Assembly (NCBI GenBank): GCA_034661055.1
Contig: JAYEKO010000079.1
Span: forward strand, 1-30,390
Source: Campylobacterota bacterium
Lineage (GTDB): Bacteria > Campylobacterota > Campylobacteria > Campylobacterales > Sulfurimonadaceae
Direction of reading: 5' to 3'
DNA length: 30,390 nt
The notes beneath the pieces are model-generated. The model ran no database searches. It was not told where the DNA came from and saw nothing but the letters and a program-made list of their open reading frames with translations. How positions within the stretch are numbered: position 1 is the first letter of the stretch; every line of letters starts with the position of its first letter. The position numbers and the translations under genes were made by a program. Below, piece after piece: positions 28,094 through 30,390 of the stretch.

Positions 28094-28102
28094 TGGTATA
28101 CT
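28094..28102 (+). promoter_or_regulatory. Putative extended -10 (TGGTATACT) for the HTH/H1-like gene, flanked by TGACAT direct repeats
   Basis: TGnTATACT at 28094-28102; TGACAT at 28089-28094 and 28108-28113; AAGGA RBS before ATG 28140. Confidence 0.55.
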
Positions 28103-28139
28103 AAAGGTGACATAAAGTTTAAATTTTAAGGAAAGTAAA

Positions 28140-28547
28140 ATGGATAAAGTAAGTGTAAAAGAGTATGCAGCGGTTATTAGTCGTAGTGAAAGTACTGTTT
28201 ATAGAATGATAAAAAAAGGAATACTCGATGCTAAAAAAGGAAAAAAAGGTTTTGAGATCTTAGTAGATCTGAGCCAATTCAAATGCCATACCAAGCAGTG
28301 CAAAGAGGTTAAGAAACTAAAAGAAGAAATTAAATCACTTAAGGCTGAACTCACTACAGTTAAAAAAGAGGTGCCAAAGAAAAAAAGTAGTAAAAAAACA
28401 GTAGTGAAGAAGAGTCCTGCTAAAAAGAAAAAAGTAGCACCAAAGAAGAAGACAGCGGTTAAAAAAACTACTATTAAAAAAGTAGCACCAAAGAAAAAAG
28501 CGGTTAGTAAAACAGTGAAAAAATCCTCAACTAAGAAGAAAAAATAG
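28140..28547 (+). CDS. Xis/MerR-like HTH protein with a short coiled coil and a Lys-rich histone-H1-like tail
   Basis: N-terminal VSVKEYAAVISRSESTVYRMIKKGILDAKK fits the excisionase-type HTH pattern; heptads VKKLKEEIKSLKAEL; 46/135 residues are Lys; two KKVAPKKK repeats. Confidence 0.8.
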   Translation: MDKVSVKEYAAVISRSESTVYRMIKKGILDAKKGKKGFEILVDLSQFKCHTKQCKEVKKLKEEIKSLKAELTTVKKEVPKKKSSKKTVVKKSPAKKKKVAPKKKTAVKKTTIKKVAPKKKAVSKTVKKSSTKKKK

Positions 28548-28553
28548 ACTAAT

Positions 28554-28970
28554 ATGGATGCTGTGCTTGAAAAAATTGAAGAGTTTGTTTCAGAGCACCA
28601 TCTATTAACACTCTCTACTTCACATAAAAATATGCCTCATGCCTGTTCTGCTTTTTATATTTTTGACAAAGAACGTGTCTCATTTGTTATTGCATCAGAC
28701 TATGAAACACAACATATTAAAAATGTCCAGTTGAATTCACAGGTATCTGTAACTGTTGCACTAGAGACTGAAAGTATTGGAATTATCCAAGGCTTACAGT
28801 GTCAAGCAGTCATGCGTAAAAGTGATAATATGTTGCATAAAAAAGCCTATTATAAACGATTTCCTTATGCAGCAGCTATGAATCCAATACTATGGGAAAT
28901 TAAAGTAGGTGAGATGAAGTTTACCAATAATCGTTTAGGTTTTGGAAAAAAACTTATCTGGAAGCGTTAA
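28554..28970 (+). CDS. YhbP/UPF0306-like pyridoxamine 5'-phosphate oxidase-fold protein
   Basis: HHLLTLST, CSAFY, T-x-H, IQGLQ, YYKRFP, KFTNNRLGFGKKLIW (characteristic C-terminus). Confidence 0.85.
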   Translation: MDAVLEKIEEFVSEHHLLTLSTSHKNMPHACSAFYIFDKERVSFVIASDYETQHIKNVQLNSQVSVTVALETESIGIIQGLQCQAVMRKSDNMLHKKAYYKRFPYAAAMNPILWEIKVGEMKFTNNRLGFGKKLIWKR

Positions 28971-29130
28971 ATTTAGGACTAAATAGACTGCATGGACTTC
29001 CGCTACTGTTCTTAACAACAATTGAAGGAATCTGTTTAGATTTAAACCCATAAGCCTTACATCCATGAGGCTGATTGTTCTGCCAAGTCACAAAATAGTG
29101 CTGACACTGTTTACAGTTAATCTTTTGCAT
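28954..29130 (-). CDS. Small Cys-rich protein, 58 aa (not in ORF track)
   Basis: My translation: MQKINCKQCQHYFVTWQNNQPHGCKAYGFKSKQIPSIVVKNSSGSPCSLFSPKFNASR*. The CxxC..TW..GC..GFKS..PS..SG..C pattern matches a widespread small-protein family I recall being auto-labelled uracil-DNA glycosylase. Confidence 0.8.
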   Translation of the reverse strand: MQKINCKQCQHYFVTWQNNQPHGCKAYGFKSKQIPSIVVKNSSGSPCSLFSPKFNASR

Positions 29131-29156
29131 AAGTAATTATACTGTACAATCATATA

Positions 29157-30390
29157 ATGAAAGAGACTGGAAAAGTAATTTTTTACAATGTTAATGATGG
29201 AAATGGCATAATAATTACACCAAAAAAGGGAAAGTTTCCCTTTGGTGTAATTGACTGGGATGACTATGAACAGACACCATCTGTAGGGCTTGAGGTAGAG
29301 TTTAGCATCAGTAATAAGAGTGCCATTGGGGTTTGTGTTAAGAAAGAGAAACAGGTTTCTTCTGTCTCAGCTATTAAAGACAGTGTTCTAGGGGCAATTA
29401 ATAAGCCTGAAGCGGTTGTTGAAAATGATTTGTCATATCGAAATAGATTTGATGAACTGATGCACAATTATGAACGTCCATCAAGCATCAAACTCAGCAT
29501 GAATGCTAAAAAATGTATATCAGACTATTTTAATACCATTGATAGGTATATAAAAAAGCAGTCAGAGTATAAAAAAAGTTATGGTAAGTTAAGTTTTTTA
29601 CTGATGCGCCGTTTTATCTTTACAACATTTAACAATCTCACCGAGATGGATATGAACTTCATTACTCCAAAGATAGAGAAAGTTAAAGGTGACATTATGC
29701 ATATGAGTGATGTGTATGATGACTTTAAAGTAAAAAATAGTTTTCCAGATACCGCTTTTGAAAATATTTTTCTAGAGAAACAGCAGGATTACATAAAAAT
29801 AGAGCTGGAATGTTCTGAAGTAAGTGACGAGCTTCAAGTCCTTAGAAAGCATGAATTAAGTTTAGAGAAGGTGATGCTTAAAAAGCATAAGGAGATGAAG
29901 AAGCTCTCAGGAAACTCACTGCGACATGCTGAAGATGAATATAAAGTGCTAAAAGGTACCTATGTAGATATTGTTCACATGTGTGCAACATTAAGTGAAC
30001 GCCTTCATGAAGATATGGAGATGTTAAGTGAGTTTCGTAAGGTGTATAAAGATCAGTTTATTAAAGATTTTAAAGCATCATCACATAGTTATGAGCAGCT
30101 TCTTGAGAGTACCTTAGATGCACAGGCATATATTTTTGACAAAATGCTTTGGGAAAAAGCAAAAAAATCTCGTATTATAAAGCGTTTTTTCTCAGAATCA
30201 CAGATAAAGGGAGAGTTTAGTTCAAAGACCTATCTAAAATACTACCTTGACTCACTAGACAGAGAGAAAGCATCTGATGATCAGCGTGAACTCTTTAAAT
30301 TATACCGGTATTTAGAAGAGTTAGAGCAGCATACCGCAGTTGTTATGCTTAGTGAGATTGATGAGATGCTTGAGCTAAAGCGAATCTTTA
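29157..30390 (+). CDS. Large hypothetical protein (at least 411 aa, 3'-truncated): cold-shock-like N-terminus plus helical/coiled-coil body
   Basis: Frame is open from ATG 29157 to the window end (hand-translated): MKETGKVIFYNVNDGNGIII...PSVGLEVEF...RRFIFTTFNNL...KTYLKYYL... It is absent from the ORF track because it has no stop in the window. Confidence 0.85.
   Translation, partial: MKETGKVIFYNVNDGNGIIITPKKGKFPFGVIDWDDYEQTPSVGLEVEFSISNKSAIGVCVKKEKQVSSVSAIKDSVLGAINKPEAVVENDLSYRNRFDELMHNYERPSSIKLSMNAKKCISDYFNTIDRYIKKQSEYKKSYGKLSFLLMRRFIFTTFNNLTEMDMNFITPKIEKVKGDIMHMSDVYDDFKVKNSFPDTAFENIFLEKQQDYIKIELECSEVSDELQVLRKHELSLEKVMLKKHKEMKKLSGNSLRHAEDEYKVLKGTYVDIVHMCATLSERLHEDMEMLSEFRKVYKDQFIKDFKASSHSYEQLLESTLDAQAYIFDKMLWEKAKKSRIIKRFFSESQIKGEFSSKTYLKYYLDSLDREKASDDQRELFKLYRYLEELEQHTAVVMLSEIDEMLELKRIF

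Noticed and set aside
28140..28547. HTH protein as a prophage or ICE excisionase
   Set aside because: No integrase, att repeat, tRNA or phage gene is nearby.
29264..29467. 67-aa minus-strand ORF
   Set aside because: Antisense to the long open plus-strand frame starting at 29157.

Overview
AT-rich (~35% GC by eye) chromosomal window from a Campylobacterota bacterium (Sulfurimonas/Sulfuricurvum-like; inferred from gene order and protein style). It opens in the 3' end of a 5S rRNA gene and is mostly core genome: pabB, pyrB, bioD (minus strand); a metY-like gene; clpS-clpA-aat; a small lipoprotein with a DUF3015/DUF4105 pair; tal; a pilT-like ATPase; rplY-pth-lptG-lysA-pheA-hisC-fliF-fliG-fliH-dxs; and pgeF. 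Next come an overlapping ovoA-patB-hypothetical-sirtuin run (ovothiol biosynthesis), an HTH protein with a histone-H1-like tail, a YhbP-like gene, a 58-aa Cys-rich gene and a truncated ORF with a cold-shock-like N-terminus. I added three genes absent from the ORF track. The most striking signal is not a gene: the palindrome TACATGTA occurs at least 17 times by hand count, against about 1 expected. It appears in all three codon phases and in intergenic DNA, resembling a HIP1-like highly iterated palindrome. No transposase, CRISPR array or tRNA was seen. All family calls are from motif recognition, not database searches.
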